Shown here piece after piece: positions 45,648 through 56,439 of a stretch of DNA of 64,000 nt (position 1 is the first letter of the stretch; each line of letters opens with the position of its first letter). This stretch comes from Candidatus Nomurabacteria bacterium (GTDB taxonomy: Bacteria > Patescibacteriota > Minisyncoccia > Phycocordibacterales > UBA5272). The position numbers and the translations under genes were made by a program. Where the stretch lies: positions 1,789 through 65,788 of the forward strand of contig JBEIQD010000003.1 of the NCBI GenBank assembly GCA_040376695.1, read 5' to 3'. Under the pieces are notes generated by a model, which made no database searches, was not told the DNA's origin, and was given only the letters and a program-made list of their open reading frames with translations.

Positions 45648-46082
45648 ATGCCAACAATCAGCCAACTCGTAAAGAAATCAAGAAAGCAGGTGACAAAGAA
45701 GTCACGTTCAATTGCTATGGGAAAAGGATTCAATGCAATCCAGAACAAGCCAAATTTTTATAATTCACCATTTAAGCGTGGAGTATGTCTCAAGGTTTCA
45801 ACAACAACTCCAAAGAAGCCTAACTCAGCGCTTCGTAAAATCGCTCGTGTGCGCCTTACAAACGGAATGGAAGTAACAGCATACATTCCAGGAGAAAAGC
45901 ACAAGCTACAGGAACACTCAGTGGTTATCCTGCGAGGTGGACGTGTTAAGGACTTGGCGGGAGTACGTTACCACATCGTTCGCGGACGATTGGACGCCAC
46001 AGGAGTAGAAGCACGACGACAGAGTCGTTCGCTCTACGGAGCAAAGACTCCAAAGACAGCAGCTCCAGCAAAGAAGAAGTAA
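45648..46082 (+). CDS. rpsL: 30S ribosomal protein S12 (with an internal insertion of about 15 aa)
   Basis: [10 protein letters not shown]...[65 protein letters not shown]; start at 45648. Confidence 0.9.
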   Translation: MPTISQLVKKSRKQVTKKSRSIAMGKGFNAIQNKPNFYNSPFKRGVCLKVSTTTPKKPNSALRKIARVRLTNGMEVTAYIPGEKHKLQEHSVVILRGGRVKDLAGVRYHIVRGRLDATGVEARRQSRSLYGAKTPKTAAPAKKK

Positions 46083-46086
46083 TAAT

Positions 46087-46120
46087 AAAAGCGGAATCGA
46101 AAGATTTCGCTTTTATTTTG
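46087..46120 (+). terminator. intrinsic terminator between rpsL and rpsG
   Basis: aaaagcggaatc-gaaa-gatttcgctttt followed by attttg. Confidence 0.6.
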
Positions 46121-46245
46121 CCTTTTTTGCTTATTTGTTGTAGTATTACCCCACTTGTTAATCAAGGAATGAAGTAATTACTGAATTTAACTCTTGCAGA
46201 GTACCGCTACTTCCGGGAACGTTCACGCAAGAAACAACTAATACT

Positions 46246-46716
46246 ATGCGAAGAAAAGTAAAGAATCGAAACATTGTTGGGCCAGACGCAAAGTATGACT
46301 CAACTAAGGTTTCAAAGTTTATCAACTATGTGATGCAGGGTGGAAAGAAATCAACTGCTCAGGAAATCGTATACGGAGCTTTCGATATCATCAAAGAAAA
46401 GATGAAAATCGAAGACCCACTTGAGGTTTTCAACATGGCGCTTCAAAATGCTGGTCCTGTAACAGAAGTTCGTTCACGCCGTATTGGTGGAGCAAACTAC
46501 CAGGTTCCTCGTGAAGTACGTGATGATCGTCGTTTCATGCTTGCATTCCGTTGGATTATTGATGCAGCAAGCGCTAAAAAGGGAAAGGCAATGAAGGTAA
46601 AGCTTGCTGATGAACTTATGGCAGCCGCAAACAATGAAGGAACTGCAGTTAAGAAGAAGGAAGATACTCACCGAATGGCAGAGTCAAACAAGGCTTTCGC
46701 TCACTTCGCTTGGTAA
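46246..46716 (+). CDS. rpsG: 30S ribosomal protein S7
   Basis: 156 aa; canonical S7 with [24 protein letters not shown]. Confidence 0.9.
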   Translation: MRRKVKNRNIVGPDAKYDSTKVSKFINYVMQGGKKSTAQEIVYGAFDIIKEKMKIEDPLEVFNMALQNAGPVTEVRSRRIGGANYQVPREVRDDRRFMLAFRWIIDAASAKKGKAMKVKLADELMAAANNEGTAVKKKEDTHRMAESNKAFAHFAW

Positions 46717-46751
46717 TTTCTAATAAATTCACTTCTTGGGAATTTAAAAAT

Positions 46752-46780
46752 AAAACGCTCTACGGAGCGTTTTATTTTTT
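46752..46780 (+). terminator. intrinsic terminator between rpsG and fusA
   Basis: aaaacgctc-tacg-gagcgtttt followed by atttttt. Confidence 0.6.
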
Positions 46781-46886
46781 GTATGTGTTTTAGCCTTACA
46801 CTGTAGACTCTAAGGCACTTTTGTGGTAGCATGTCGCTATTGCCTTAAGCGGCTTTTTTATTTCTTAAAAACAATTATTTATCACT

Positions 46887-49031
46887 ATGGCTCGCGATTA
46901 TCCTCTTAATAAAACACGTAACTTTGGAGTTATTGCTCACATCGACGCTGGAAAGACAACTACAACAGAACGTATTCTTTTCTATACGGGAGTTTCTCAC
47001 AAAATTGGAGAAGTGCACGATGGTGCAACTCAAATGGACTGGATGGAACAGGAACGAGAACGTGGTATCACAATCACGTCAGCTGCTACAACAGCGTTTT
47101 GGAGTCCAACATACATGCCAAAGACTGATACTTCAAAGAAATGCCGCTTTAACATCATCGACACTCCTGGACACATTGACTTCACTATCGAAGTAAAGCG
47201 ATCACTTCGCGTACTCGACGGTGCGGTTGTAGTGTTCGACGGAGTTGCTGGAGTAGAACCACAATCAGAAACAAACTGGAGATATGCATCAGATGCTATG
47301 GTTCCACGTATTTGTTTCATCAACAAACTAGACCGAATGGGAGCTAACTTCGACAAGGCGTACGACTCTATCCTCGATCGTCTTTCAAAGAAGGCAGTTC
47401 GTATGCAAATGCCAATCGGAGCAGAAGAAAACTACAACGGTATCATTGACCTTCTTACTATGAAGGAAATGACGTTCACTGGCGAAATGGGTAAGGAAGT
47501 AGGAACTGCAGAAATTCCAACTGAACTTCTCGAAGAAGCAAAGAAGCGTCGCGCTGAAATGGTTGAAAAAATTGTTGAGACAGATGAGGATCTTATGACT
47601 CAGTACCTCGAAGGTAAGGAATTCACTATTGAAGTTCTTAAGGAGACTATTCGTAAGGCCACACTTGCAAATGAACTTTTCCCAGTGTTCTGTGGATCAG
47701 CTCTTAAGAACAAAGGTGTTCAGCTTGTGCTCGACGCCGTTATCGATTATCTTCCATCACCACTTGATATTGCTGCACCAAAAGGAATTGATGGTAACAC
47801 AGGAGAACCAGTAACCGTTGAAGTGTCAGACACTGCACCGTTCACTGCACTTGCATTCAAGTCTATGGCGGATCCATTCGTTGGACAGCTTACATTCTTC
47901 CGCGTATACGCTGGAACACTTGAGGCTGGGTCATATATTTATAACTCTACAAAAGAAAAGAAAGAACGTGTATCACGTATCCTTCGTATGCATGCAAACG
48001 AACGAGAAGAAGTGAAGACTGTGTACGCTGGAGAAATTGCAGCTGCGGTAGGACTTAAAGATACTGTTACCTCAGACACAATGTGTTCTGAAGAGCACCC
48101 AATCATTCTTGAAAGAATTGTTATTCCTGAATCAGTTATTTCTATGCGTGTTGAACCAAAGACAAAGGCTGACCAGGAAAAAATGGGTATCGCACTTTCA
48201 AAGCTTGCAGTTGAAGATCCAACATTCCGTGTTGCGTCTGATCCAGAAACACTTGAAACAATTATTTCAGGTATGGGTGAACTTCACTTGGATATTATTG
48301 TTGATCGTATGAAGCGTGAATTCAACGTTGAAGCTAACACTGGTAAGCCTCAGGTTGCGTACAAGGAAACTATTCTTGGAGCAGCGTCAGGTGAAGGTAA
48401 GTACATCAAGCAATCAGGAGGTCGTGGACAGTATGGTCACGCGAAGATTAATATTCGTCCAATCGATTATTCGATTGCAAAAGAAGATCTTCCAAAGAAC
48501 ACAAAGCGATATGATGCATTTGAATTCGTAAACTCAGTGAAGGGAGGAGCAATTCCACAGGAATTCATTCCTGCTGTTGAAAAGGGACTTCGAGAATCTA
48601 TGGATCGTGGAACCTTAGCAGGATTTAAGATGGTGGACGTGTCATGTGAACTGTACGATGGAAGTTTCCACGAAGTGGACTCAAGTGAAATCGCGTTTAA
48701 GCTTGCGGCTGGAATGGCGCTAGCGGATGCTGTGTCAAAGGCGAAGCCTGTTATCCTTGAACCGATCATGAAGGTGGAAATCGTTACACCGGACAAGTTC
48801 TACGGAGATATCACAGGAAACCTATCATCAAAGCGTGGTCAGATCGAAGGAATGGACGAACGTGGCCAGGATAAGGTTGTGAAGGCTATGGTGCCGCTTT
48901 CTGAGATGTTCGGATACGTAAACAGTCTCCGTTCTATGACAGAAGGACGTGCCACATTTACAATGGAATTCGGAAAGTATGACGTTGTTCCGACAAACAT
49001 TGCAAAGGAAATTGCAGAAAATAAGAAATAG
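46887..49031 (+). CDS. fusA: elongation factor G
   Basis: 714 aa; G1 motif [12 protein letters not shown], plus DTPGHIDF and NKLD. Confidence 0.95.
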   Translation: MARDYPLNKTRNFGVIAHIDAGKTTTTERILFYTGVSHKIGEVHDGATQMDWMEQERERGITITSAATTAFWSPTYMPKTDTSKKCRFNIIDTPGHIDFTIEVKRSLRVLDGAVVVFDGVAGVEPQSETNWRYASDAMVPRICFINKLDRMGANFDKAYDSILDRLSKKAVRMQMPIGAEENYNGIIDLLTMKEMTFTGEMGKEVGTAEIPTELLEEAKKRRAEMVEKIVETDEDLMTQYLEGKEFTIEVLKETIRKATLANELFPVFCGSALKNKGVQLVLDAVIDYLPSPLDIAAPKGIDGNTGEPVTVEVSDTAPFTALAFKSMADPFVGQLTFFRVYAGTLEAGSYIYNSTKEKKERVSRILRMHANEREEVKTVYAGEIAAAVGLKDTVTSDTMCSEEHPIILERIVIPESVISMRVEPKTKADQEKMGIALSKLAVEDPTFRVASDPETLETIISGMGELHLDIIVDRMKREFNVEANTGKPQVAYKETILGAASGEGKYIKQSGGRGQYGHAKINIRPIDYSIAKEDLPKNTKRYDAFEFVNSVKGGAIPQEFIPAVEKGLRESMDRGTLAGFKMVDVSCELYDGSFHEVDSSEIAFKLAAGMALADAVSKAKPVILEPIMKVEIVTPDKFYGDITGNLSSKRGQIEGMDERGQDKVVKAMVPLSEMFGYVNSLRSMTEGRATFTMEFGKYDVVPTNIAKEIAENKK

Positions 49032-49046
49032 TCACTATTTTAAAAG

Positions 49047-49080
49047 AAAAACCACCCAAAATAGGGTGGTTTTTCTTTGT
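49047..49080 (+). terminator. intrinsic terminator after fusA
   Basis: aaaaaccaccc-aaaata-gggtggttttt followed by ctttg. Confidence 0.65.
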
Positions 49081-49335
49081 TTGGGAGAGGCTTGGAGTGC
49101 GCTTGTTATGGATGGCTAAATAAGTTGATTGGTATGGGTATAATAAGTTGCGCTCTTTTAAAAAACATGATATGATAGCACGTATTCGCTTAGCGTCCGA
49201 AACTATTGCTTGGCTAGGCGCGTAAGTTCAAGGTTCCCGTTTCAGTTTTTTACTAATTACATAACTAATAGTCCAATATCCCCGAAAATCACAGGTAACT
49301 GTGGAGTAACGGGAGACAAGACCCAACAAAAACAT

Positions 49336-50529
49336 ATGGCAGCAGAATTTGATCGCTCAAAACCACACGTAAACGTAGGAACCATTGGTCACGTTGACCA
49401 CGGAAAGACAACCCTTACAGCAGGTATCCTTAATGTGCTCCACCTTATGGACGCTACTATTAAGATGAAGGATGTTGATGATATCGACAAGGCCCCAGAA
49501 GAAAAGGCTCGTGGTATTACTATTTCTCTTTCTCACTCAGAATACTGGACAGCAAACCGTCACTATGCTCACATTGATGCCCCAGGTCACGCCGACTACA
49601 TCAAGAACATGATTACAGGTGCGGCTCAGATGGACGGTGCGATCCTCGTGGTTGCAGCAACTGATGGTCCTATGCCACAGACTCGTGAACACATCCTTCT
49701 AGCCAAGCAGGTGGGTGTGCCTCGAATGGTAGTGTTCCTTAACAAGTGCGATATGGTTGAAGATCAGGAAATGATCGAGCTCGTTGAAGAAGAAATCCGA
49801 GAACTCCTTACAAAGCAAGGTTTTGATGGAGCAAATACTCCAATCATCCGTGGATCAGGTCTTAAGGCATCAGTAGCCACTGATATCAATGATCCTTGGG
49901 CACAGAAGATTGTTGAACTCATGACTGCACTCGATACATACATCGAAGTTCCAGAACGTGATACAGCAAAGCCTTTCCTTATGCCTGTTGAAGACATCTT
50001 CACTATCGAAGGACGTGGAACTGTGGTAACAGGACGTATTGAACGTGGAATCTTGAAGGTTAACGATGAAATCGAAATCGTTGGTCTTAAGGATACTGTT
50101 AAGACAGTGGTTACTGGTATTGAAATGTTCAACAAGTCACTTTCACAGGGACAGGCTGGAGACAACGCTGGTATCCTTATCCGTGGTATTAAGAAGGAAG
50201 ATATTATGCGTGGACAGGTTTTAGCAAAGCCAGGATCAGTTCTACCACACACAAACTTTGAGTGTGAAGTGTACATTCTTAAGAAGGAAGAAGGAGGACG
50301 ACATACTCCATTCTTGAATGGTTACAAGCCACAGTTCTACGTACGTACAACTGACGTTACAGGAGAAGTTACACTTCCTGCTGGAACTGAAATGGTTATG
50401 CCTGGAGACACTATCAAGTTCACAGTTAAGCTTCTCGCACCTATCGCTCTTGAAGAGCAGGGACGTTTCGCTATCCGTGAAGGAGGTAAGACAGTTGGAG
50501 CGGGAGTTGTAACAAAGATCCTCGCGTAA
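49336..50529 (+). CDS. tuf: elongation factor Tu
   Basis: [30 protein letters not shown]..., with DAPGHADY and NKCD. The internal start at 49336 is preferred over track 49210. A leader of about 150 nt with a candidate promoter TTGCGC-17-TATGAT lies at 49148-49176. Confidence 0.95.
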   Translation: MAAEFDRSKPHVNVGTIGHVDHGKTTLTAGILNVLHLMDATIKMKDVDDIDKAPEEKARGITISLSHSEYWTANRHYAHIDAPGHADYIKNMITGAAQMDGAILVVAATDGPMPQTREHILLAKQVGVPRMVVFLNKCDMVEDQEMIELVEEEIRELLTKQGFDGANTPIIRGSGLKASVATDINDPWAQKIVELMTALDTYIEVPERDTAKPFLMPVEDIFTIEGRGTVVTGRIERGILKVNDEIEIVGLKDTVKTVVTGIEMFNKSLSQGQAGDNAGILIRGIKKEDIMRGQVLAKPGSVLPHTNFECEVYILKKEEGGRHTPFLNGYKPQFYVRTTDVTGEVTLPAGTEMVMPGDTIKFTVKLLAPIALEEQGRFAIREGGKTVGAGVVTKILA

Positions 50530-50559
50530 TCTCTACGTTCTTAAAGAACATTTATTCTC

Positions 50560-50919
50560 ATGGCAACAACGAAAACTATAGCTAAGAAGACGAGCGCCGC
50601 AAAGCAATCTGAAGTTCAGAAGCTTCGTATTCGTGTGCGAGCATACGAAAGCAAAGTGCTTGATGCTTCAGTAAAGCAAATCATCGATACAGCAAGGCGA
50701 TTCGAAGCTACTATCTTGGGGCCGATTCCTCTTCCAACAGAAATCAAGCGCTACACAGTAAACCGCTCAACATTCATCTACAAAGATGCTCGCGAGCAGT
50801 TCGAAATGCGAGTTCACAAGCGTCTCATCGACATCGTGAATCCACAGCCTAAGCTTATCGAAGCTCTTACAAACCTATCACTACCATCTGGTGTTGATAT
50901 CGACGTAAAGATGGCATAA
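50560..50919 (+). CDS. rpsJ: 30S ribosomal protein S10 (N-terminally extended)
   Basis: QKLRIRVRAYESKVLD...GPIPLPT...R.TV.RS....K..REQFE.R.HKRLIDI. Confidence 0.9.
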   Translation: MATTKTIAKKTSAAKQSEVQKLRIRVRAYESKVLDASVKQIIDTARRFEATILGPIPLPTEIKRYTVNRSTFIYKDAREQFEMRVHKRLIDIVNPQPKLIEALTNLSLPSGVDIDVKMA

Positions 50920-50956
50920 AAAGGTCGACCGACTACGTTAAACACTCACTACCTGT

Positions 50957-51562
50957 ATGAAATTCACACTAGCAACAAAACAGCATATGACAGAATTCTT
51001 CTCCGAAGACGGGAAGGTTCATCCTGCAACAGTACTTAAGGCTACTCCTATGACTGTTACAGCACTTAAAACAATCGAACGTGATGGCTATGAAGCTATC
51101 CAGATTGGATCAGGTGTTCAGAAGAAGGAACGAGTTTCAAAGGCGGTTCAGGGTCATTTCAAAGATGCTACGTTTAAGGTGATGAAGGAATTCCGTACAG
51201 CAGGGGGCGACCTCGCGCTTGGAGCTACTATTGCGTGTGATATTTTCCAGAAAGGTGATGAAGTAACTGTTTCATCTATCTCAAAAGGAAAAGGATTCCA
51301 AGGTGTTATGAAGCGCCACGGTATGCACGGAGGTTGGCACCAGCACGGACAGAAGCACTCAATGCGTGAAATCGGTTCTATTGGAGCAACTGGTCCACAG
51401 AGAGTGTTCAAGGGTAAGAAGATGGCAGGACGTATGGGAAGTGACCGAGTTACTCTCAAGCACGTTCAGATTCTTGACGTCGATGTTGAGAATGGATACA
51501 TCCTCGTTAAGGGTGCGGTTGCAGGTCGCCGAGGAACTGTTGTGGAAATTAAGGCGAACTAA
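50957..51562 (+). CDS. rplC: 50S ribosomal protein L3
   Basis: 201 aa; GKGFQGVMKRHG is canonical L3. Confidence 0.9.
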   Translation: MKFTLATKQHMTEFFSEDGKVHPATVLKATPMTVTALKTIERDGYEAIQIGSGVQKKERVSKAVQGHFKDATFKVMKEFRTAGGDLALGATIACDIFQKGDEVTVSSISKGKGFQGVMKRHGMHGGWHQHGQKHSMREIGSIGATGPQRVFKGKKMAGRMGSDRVTLKHVQILDVDVENGYILVKGAVAGRRGTVVEIKAN

Positions 51563-51582
51563 CAAGGACTAGTCAAAAAAGT

Positions 51583-52266
51583 ATGCAAGTAACAATTTAT
51601 ACAACTGAAGGAAAAGTAGCTAAATCGATGGATGTTCCAGAGAACATTTTCGGAGCGGAATGGAATGCGGATCTCGTGTCGCAGGTTCTTTACTCACAGG
51701 CGTCAAACCGTCGTGCGGGTACTGCTCACACAAAGAACCGTGCAGAAGTTCGTGGTTCTCACAAGAAGCCATGGGCTCAGAAGGGTTCAGGACGCGCTCG
51801 TCACGGATCAGCTCAGTCTCCTCTATGGAAGGGAGGAGGAGTAACATTCGGACCTCGAAATGATAAGAACTACAAGAAGACTATCCCTAAGGGTATGAAG
51901 GTTGCTGCGCTCTATTCACTTCTTTCTGCAAAAGTTAAGGCAGGAAAGGTTATTTTCGTTGACACTATTTCAGAATCTACAGGTAAGACTCAGGCTGCTG
52001 ACGCAATCATGCGAAACCTTTCAACAATTGAAGGATTCAAGACACTTTGCTACAAGAAGCCAAACAACATCTATGTAACAACAAAGAAGGGAGATGAGCT
52101 CACAAAGCGTTCATTCCGTAACCTTCCATACATGACACTTCATAACATGGAAGACCTTAACCCACTTGATCTTGCAAACACACGATACCTCGTTATTGCT
52201 AACCCAGAAGAGACAATCGCTTTCCTTTCATCTAAGAAAAATAAAGCTGTAGCTAAAGCTAACTAA
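51583..52266 (+). CDS. rplD: 50S ribosomal protein L4
   Basis: 227 aa; KPWAQKGSGRARHGS motif. Confidence 0.9.
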   Translation: MQVTIYTTEGKVAKSMDVPENIFGAEWNADLVSQVLYSQASNRRAGTAHTKNRAEVRGSHKKPWAQKGSGRARHGSAQSPLWKGGGVTFGPRNDKNYKKTIPKGMKVAALYSLLSAKVKAGKVIFVDTISESTGKTQAADAIMRNLSTIEGFKTLCYKKPNNIYVTTKKGDELTKRSFRNLPYMTLHNMEDLNPLDLANTRYLVIANPEETIAFLSSKKNKAVAKAN

Positions 52267-52272
52267 ACGTAT

Positions 52273-52590
52273 ATGGCAACAAAAAAAACTACAGTAGAAG
52301 AAAAGAAAGTTGAGAATGCAAATGCAAAGCTTATTCTTTCACCACGTGTGACAGAAAAAGCATCACTTCAGTCAAACCAGAACGCGTTTACATTCGTTGT
52401 GCGATCTGAAGCTACAAAGCTTTCACTTCGCGATGAAATCAAGAAGGAGTACAAGGTAACACCTCGTGCGATCAACATCACAAACATTCCTCGTCAGTGG
52501 ACCTTCATTAAAGGAAAAGTTGGACACAAGCAGGGTTATAAGAAAGCTATTGTGTTCCTTAAAAAAGGTGACACCATCAAGCTTGCATAA
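52273..52590 (+). CDS. rplW: 50S ribosomal protein L23
   Basis: 105 aa; the L23 fold signature (ILSPRVTEKA...FTFVV). Confidence 0.9.
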   Translation: MATKKTTVEEKKVENANAKLILSPRVTEKASLQSNQNAFTFVVRSEATKLSLRDEIKKEYKVTPRAINITNIPRQWTFIKGKVGHKQGYKKAIVFLKKGDTIKLA

Positions 52591-52610
52591 TCCAATTTTA
52601 TTACACGACC

Positions 52611-53450
52611 ATGAAAACCTATAAACCAACAACTCCATCACGACGTAACATGACCACGGTATCATACCGAGGAGTTATTACGACGAATGATCCGTACAAG
52701 CCACTTACGCATGGATTCAAGCGTGGTGTTGGACGTAACGCATTCGGACGCATCACAAGTCCATACAAAGGAGGAGGGCACAAGCGTTCTTACCGTGAAA
52801 TCGACTTTAAGTACGACATCATGGATATTCCTGCAAAGGTTGAGACAGTAGAGTACGATCCAAACCGATCAGGCTTTATTTCTCTTGTTTCATATAGAAA
52901 CGGTGCAAAGCGTTACGTGCTTCTTCCAAAAAGCATGAAGGTAGGGGACACATTTATTGTTTCTGAAAAGGCTGACCTTGAACCAGGTAACCGTCTTAAG
53001 CTTTCAAATATTCCTGTTGGAACATATGTATACAACATTGAAGTGAAGTTACATGCTGGAGCAAAGCTTGTTCGTTCAGCCGGAGTATACGCTCAGGTTG
53101 TTGCCCACGATAACGGATACACATCTATCAAACTTCCTTCAACTGAAGTTCGTAAGATCGTTGACACATGTTACGCATGTATCGGTGAAGTTTCGAATGA
53201 AGAATACCGTCTTAGAAATGTTGGTAAGGCTGGACGATCACGTAACCTAGGTCGCAGACCAAAGACTCGTGCGATGGCTAAGAACGCTGTTGACCACCCA
53301 TACGGAGGAGGAGAAGGAGCACAGCCACGAGGAACACGTCGTCCAAAGACAAAGTACGGTAAAACTACAGGAGGACATAAGACTCGTAAGCCGAAGAAGT
53401 ACTCAAACGTACACATCGTTTCAAGACGTGTCGTTCGCAAGAAGAAGTAA
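52611..53450 (+). CDS. rplB: 50S ribosomal protein L2
   Basis: 279 aa; GGGHKRSYR and VDHPYGGGEG motifs. Confidence 0.95.
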   Translation: MKTYKPTTPSRRNMTTVSYRGVITTNDPYKPLTHGFKRGVGRNAFGRITSPYKGGGHKRSYREIDFKYDIMDIPAKVETVEYDPNRSGFISLVSYRNGAKRYVLLPKSMKVGDTFIVSEKADLEPGNRLKLSNIPVGTYVYNIEVKLHAGAKLVRSAGVYAQVVAHDNGYTSIKLPSTEVRKIVDTCYACIGEVSNEEYRLRNVGKAGRSRNLGRRPKTRAMAKNAVDHPYGGGEGAQPRGTRRPKTKYGKTTGGHKTRKPKKYSNVHIVSRRVVRKKK

Positions 53451-53515
53451 AATAGTATTTTCCGAAATAGTCTTTACTTTCAAGGAAAATCTGATATAAT
53501 TAAACCCCATTAACC

Positions 53516-53860
53516 ATGACACGATCAATTCACAAAGGTCCATACGTAGACGAACGAGTACTTAAGAAGGTACTTGGAAAGCGCCCAGAAGAAACTGGCG
53601 TTATTAAGACCTGGATTCGTCGTTCAGACATTTCTCCTGAAATGGTTGGATTCACATTCGGTGTATACAACGGAAAGATTCACATCGATGTGCTCGTTAC
53701 TGAAGACATGGTAGGACACAAGCTTGGTGAGTTCTCTCCAACTCGTAAGTTCATCCGTCACGGAGGTAAGATGCAGAAGGAAATCGACCAGAAGAAGAAG
53801 GAAACTGAAATCTCTGCTGCAAAGACTGCAAAAGCAACTACTGATACAAAGAAGAAATAA
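53516..53860 (+). CDS. rpsS: 30S ribosomal protein S19 (K-rich C-terminal extension)
   Basis: [12 protein letters not shown]...GKIHIDV...[13 protein letters not shown]. Confidence 0.9.
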   Translation: MTRSIHKGPYVDERVLKKVLGKRPEETGVIKTWIRRSDISPEMVGFTFGVYNGKIHIDVLVTEDMVGHKLGEFSPTRKFIRHGGKMQKEIDQKKKETEISAAKTAKATTDTKKK

Positions 53861-53865
53861 TAACC

Positions 53866-54195
53866 ATGAAAGCTCAACTTAACAACTACCGCCAAGCACC
53901 TCGAAAAGTTCGTCTCATCACGACTCTAGTACAGGGAAAAAACGCTCTTCATGCGCAGGCTATTTTAGCTACGATGATCAAGCGTGGAGCGCTTCCAATC
54001 AAGAAGCTTCTTGATTCGGCTGTAGCAAACGCTGGAGTTGGAGCTGACAAGCTTATTATTAAATCTGCTCGTGTAGATAAGGGAGTAGTCATCAAGCGAT
54101 GGATGCCACGTGCGATGGGACGAGCATTCCCAATCCACAAGCATACAAGTAAGGTGGTTATCGAACTAGCTAAGGTAGACGAAACAACAAAGTAA
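53866..54195 (+). CDS. rplV: 50S ribosomal protein L22
   Basis: 109 aa; canonical L22. Confidence 0.9.
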   Translation: MKAQLNNYRQAPRKVRLITTLVQGKNALHAQAILATMIKRGALPIKKLLDSAVANAGVGADKLIIKSARVDKGVVIKRWMPRAMGRAFPIHKHTSKVVIELAKVDETTK

Positions 54196-54199
54196 TTTT

Positions 54200-54874
54200 A
54201 TGACACACGTAGTACACCCATATGCACATAGACTTGGAATCATTCGCGACTGGAAGTCACGATGGTTCGGCAAGAACCAAGCTCATTACGTAGATCATCT
54301 ACGTGCTGATGTTCTTGTTCGCTCATGGCTTACAAAGAAACTTCGCGGTATGTATGTATCTCTTATTGAGATCGAACGTACTGAAAAGCAGTACCGCATT
54401 ATGTTACATACATCACGTCCAGGTATGATTATCGGACGCGGGGGAGACGGAATTGAAAAGCTTAAGCTTACGCTTAAGAAAGAAATGGCTCGTCTTAAGA
54501 TCATTACTCCACAGGATGTGAAGCTTGATATCGTTGAAGTAACTTCTCCAGAAGCTGATGCTGCAATCGTAGCTGCTATGGTTATCGAAGGAATCGAAAA
54601 GCGTCTTCCTTTCCGAAGAGTGCTCAAGATGACTATTGAAAAAGTTATGGCTAATCGCGATGTTCAGGGTGCTCGTATTCAAGTGTCAGGACGTCTTGGT
54701 GGAGCTGAAATGGCTCGTCGAGAAAATATCAAGCGAGGTGGAATTCCACTTCAAACACTTCGTGCTGATATTGATTTTGCTCGTGAAAAGGCACACATGA
54801 CATACGGAGTTATTGGTATCAAGGTATGGATTTACCGTGGTATGAAGTTTGATAAGAAAGAAGGTCAGAAGTAA
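54200..54874 (+). CDS. rpsC: 30S ribosomal protein S3
   Basis: 224 aa; KH domain GMIIGRGGDGIEKLK. Confidence 0.9.
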   Translation: MTHVVHPYAHRLGIIRDWKSRWFGKNQAHYVDHLRADVLVRSWLTKKLRGMYVSLIEIERTEKQYRIMLHTSRPGMIIGRGGDGIEKLKLTLKKEMARLKIITPQDVKLDIVEVTSPEADAAIVAAMVIEGIEKRLPFRRVLKMTIEKVMANRDVQGARIQVSGRLGGAEMARRENIKRGGIPLQTLRADIDFAREKAHMTYGVIGIKVWIYRGMKFDKKEGQK

Positions 54875-54898
54875 TTGAATTAATTTAAAACAACGAGT

Positions 54899-55318
54899 AT
54901 GTTATTCCCAAAGAAAGTAAAACACCGAAAATGGCAGACAGCCCGCCTCTCAGAAGAGAAGCTTAACCGTCCTGAATCACGTGGTATCACGGTAGCTTTC
55001 GGCTCGTTTGGTCTTAAAGCGGAAACTCCATCTCGTATTGCTGCGAATCAGATTGAAGCTGCTCGCCGTGCGATGTCTCGTCACGCAGGTAAGACTGCAA
55101 AGATTTGGATTCGTATTTTCCCAGATCGTCCAGTAACACAGAAGGCCGCTGAAGTTCCGATGGGTAAGGGTAAAGGAGATCCAGATCGATACGTATTTGA
55201 AGTACGACCAGGACGAATTCTCTTTGAGGTTGACGGTGTATCAGAAGAAATTGCTCGTGAAGCACTTCGCAAAGCTGGAACAAAACTTCCAGTTAAGACT
55301 CGAGTAGTTACTCGCTAA
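54899..55318 (+). CDS. rplP: 50S ribosomal protein L16
   Basis: 139 aa; FGSFGLKA...IEAARRAM...MGKGKG. Confidence 0.9.
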   Translation: MLFPKKVKHRKWQTARLSEEKLNRPESRGITVAFGSFGLKAETPSRIAANQIEAARRAMSRHAGKTAKIWIRIFPDRPVTQKAAEVPMGKGKGDPDRYVFEVRPGRILFEVDGVSEEIAREALRKAGTKLPVKTRVVTR

Positions 55319-55324
55319 ACGCAT

Positions 55325-55591
55325 ATGACAAACAAAACTAACAATACAATAATCACCGTTCGCAAGAAGCTCACAGGAAAGGTTGTGTCTGACAAAATGG
55401 ACAAAACTGTTGTTGTGAACGTTCAACGATACGTTGCGCACAAGAAGTACGGAAAGTACTACAAGATCGACAAGCGCTACAAGGCTCATGATGAAAAGAA
55501 TGAGTACGTGGTAGGGGACACTGTCATCATCGAAGAGTGCCGTCCACTTTCAAAGGATAAGAACTTTACTGTTCTTGAAAAGAAGAACTAA
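55325..55591 (+). CDS. rpsQ: 30S ribosomal protein S17
   Basis: 88 aa; [14 protein letters not shown]......H.KYGKY.K...YKAHDE.NE...GD.V.I.ECRPLSK.K. Confidence 0.9.
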   Translation: MTNKTNNTIITVRKKLTGKVVSDKMDKTVVVNVQRYVAHKKYGKYYKIDKRYKAHDEKNEYVVGDTVIIEECRPLSKDKNFTVLEKKN

Positions 55592-55613
55592 TTATTAATC
55601 TACATCTACTACT

Positions 55614-55994
55614 ATGATTCAAGCAGGAACAAACGTAATAATCACTGATAACTCTGGCGGAAAGCGCGGGCGAGTGTTTAAGGTGCTCGGAGGATCAAAG
55701 CGTCGTTATGCTTCTATTGGAGACATGGTGGTACTTTCAATCAAGGTTGCAGAACCTCGAAAGCAGACTAAGAAAAAGGATGTGGTGTATGGTGTAGTTG
55801 TTCGTACAACAAAGCAGATTCGCCGAAAGGATGGATCATACATTTCATTTGATGATAACGCGGTAGTACTTGTTGATAAGACAAAGAAGGAACCTAAGGC
55901 AGGACGTGTGTTCGGACCAGTTCCTCGTGAGCTTTCTGAAACAGGTATCGAAGGATACCGAAAGATTGCCTCTCTTGCACCAGAAATTATCTAA
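55614..55994 (+). CDS. rplN: 50S ribosomal protein L14
   Basis: [27 protein letters not shown] is canonical L14. Confidence 0.9.
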   Translation: MIQAGTNVIITDNSGGKRGRVFKVLGGSKRRYASIGDMVVLSIKVAEPRKQTKKKDVVYGVVVRTTKQIRRKDGSYISFDDNAVVLVDKTKKEPKAGRVFGPVPRELSETGIEGYRKIASLAPEII

Positions 55995-56012
55995 TTACTT
56001 TAATTTAAATAT

Positions 56013-56288
56013 ATGCACGTAAAAAAAGGAGACAAAGTAATAGTGATTGCAGGTAAGGAGAAAGGAAAGTCTTCAACTGTAACGAAGGTATTGCGAGAAG
56101 AAAACCGCGTTATTCTTGATGGCCTTAACCTCATGAAGAAGCACACTCGTCCTACAAAGGCAGGGGCTAAGGGTGGAATTATCTCAGTTGCTATGTCAAT
56201 TCATGCTTCAAATGTGAAGCTTGCTGACAAGGCTGCAAAGAAAGAAAAGCCTGCGGCAAAGAAGAAAGCTGCTAAGAAAGTTGCTTAA
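56013..56288 (+). CDS. rplX: 50S ribosomal protein L24
   Basis: KOW motif MHVKKGDKVIVIAGKEKGK. Confidence 0.85.
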   Translation: MHVKKGDKVIVIAGKEKGKSSTVTKVLREENRVILDGLNLMKKHTRPTKAGAKGGIISVAMSIHASNVKLADKAAKKEKPAAKKKAAKKVA

Positions 56289-56290
56289 TA

Positions 56291-56324
56291 TAAAAACCGA
56301 CTCAAATGAGTCGGTTTTTATTTA
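56291..56324 (+). terminator. intrinsic terminator between rplX and rplE
   Basis: aaaaccgactc-aaat-gagtcggtttt followed by tattt; a gap of about 150 nt precedes rplE. Confidence 0.6.
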
Positions 56325-56439
56325 CAAATGCCTTTATTTATAGTAGAGTGTAAGTCTATTATCAATAAAGAGAGCGACGTATAACGTCTGGCAAGATGTC
56401 ACAATCGAACCGACCAATCGTGCTCCAAAGCAAATATAT

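Noticed and set aside
49764-50276. 170-aa minus-strand ORF inside tuf
   Set aside because: It lies antisense to a near-universally conserved gene, and its translation is a Ser/Ile/Pro-rich low-complexity sequence.
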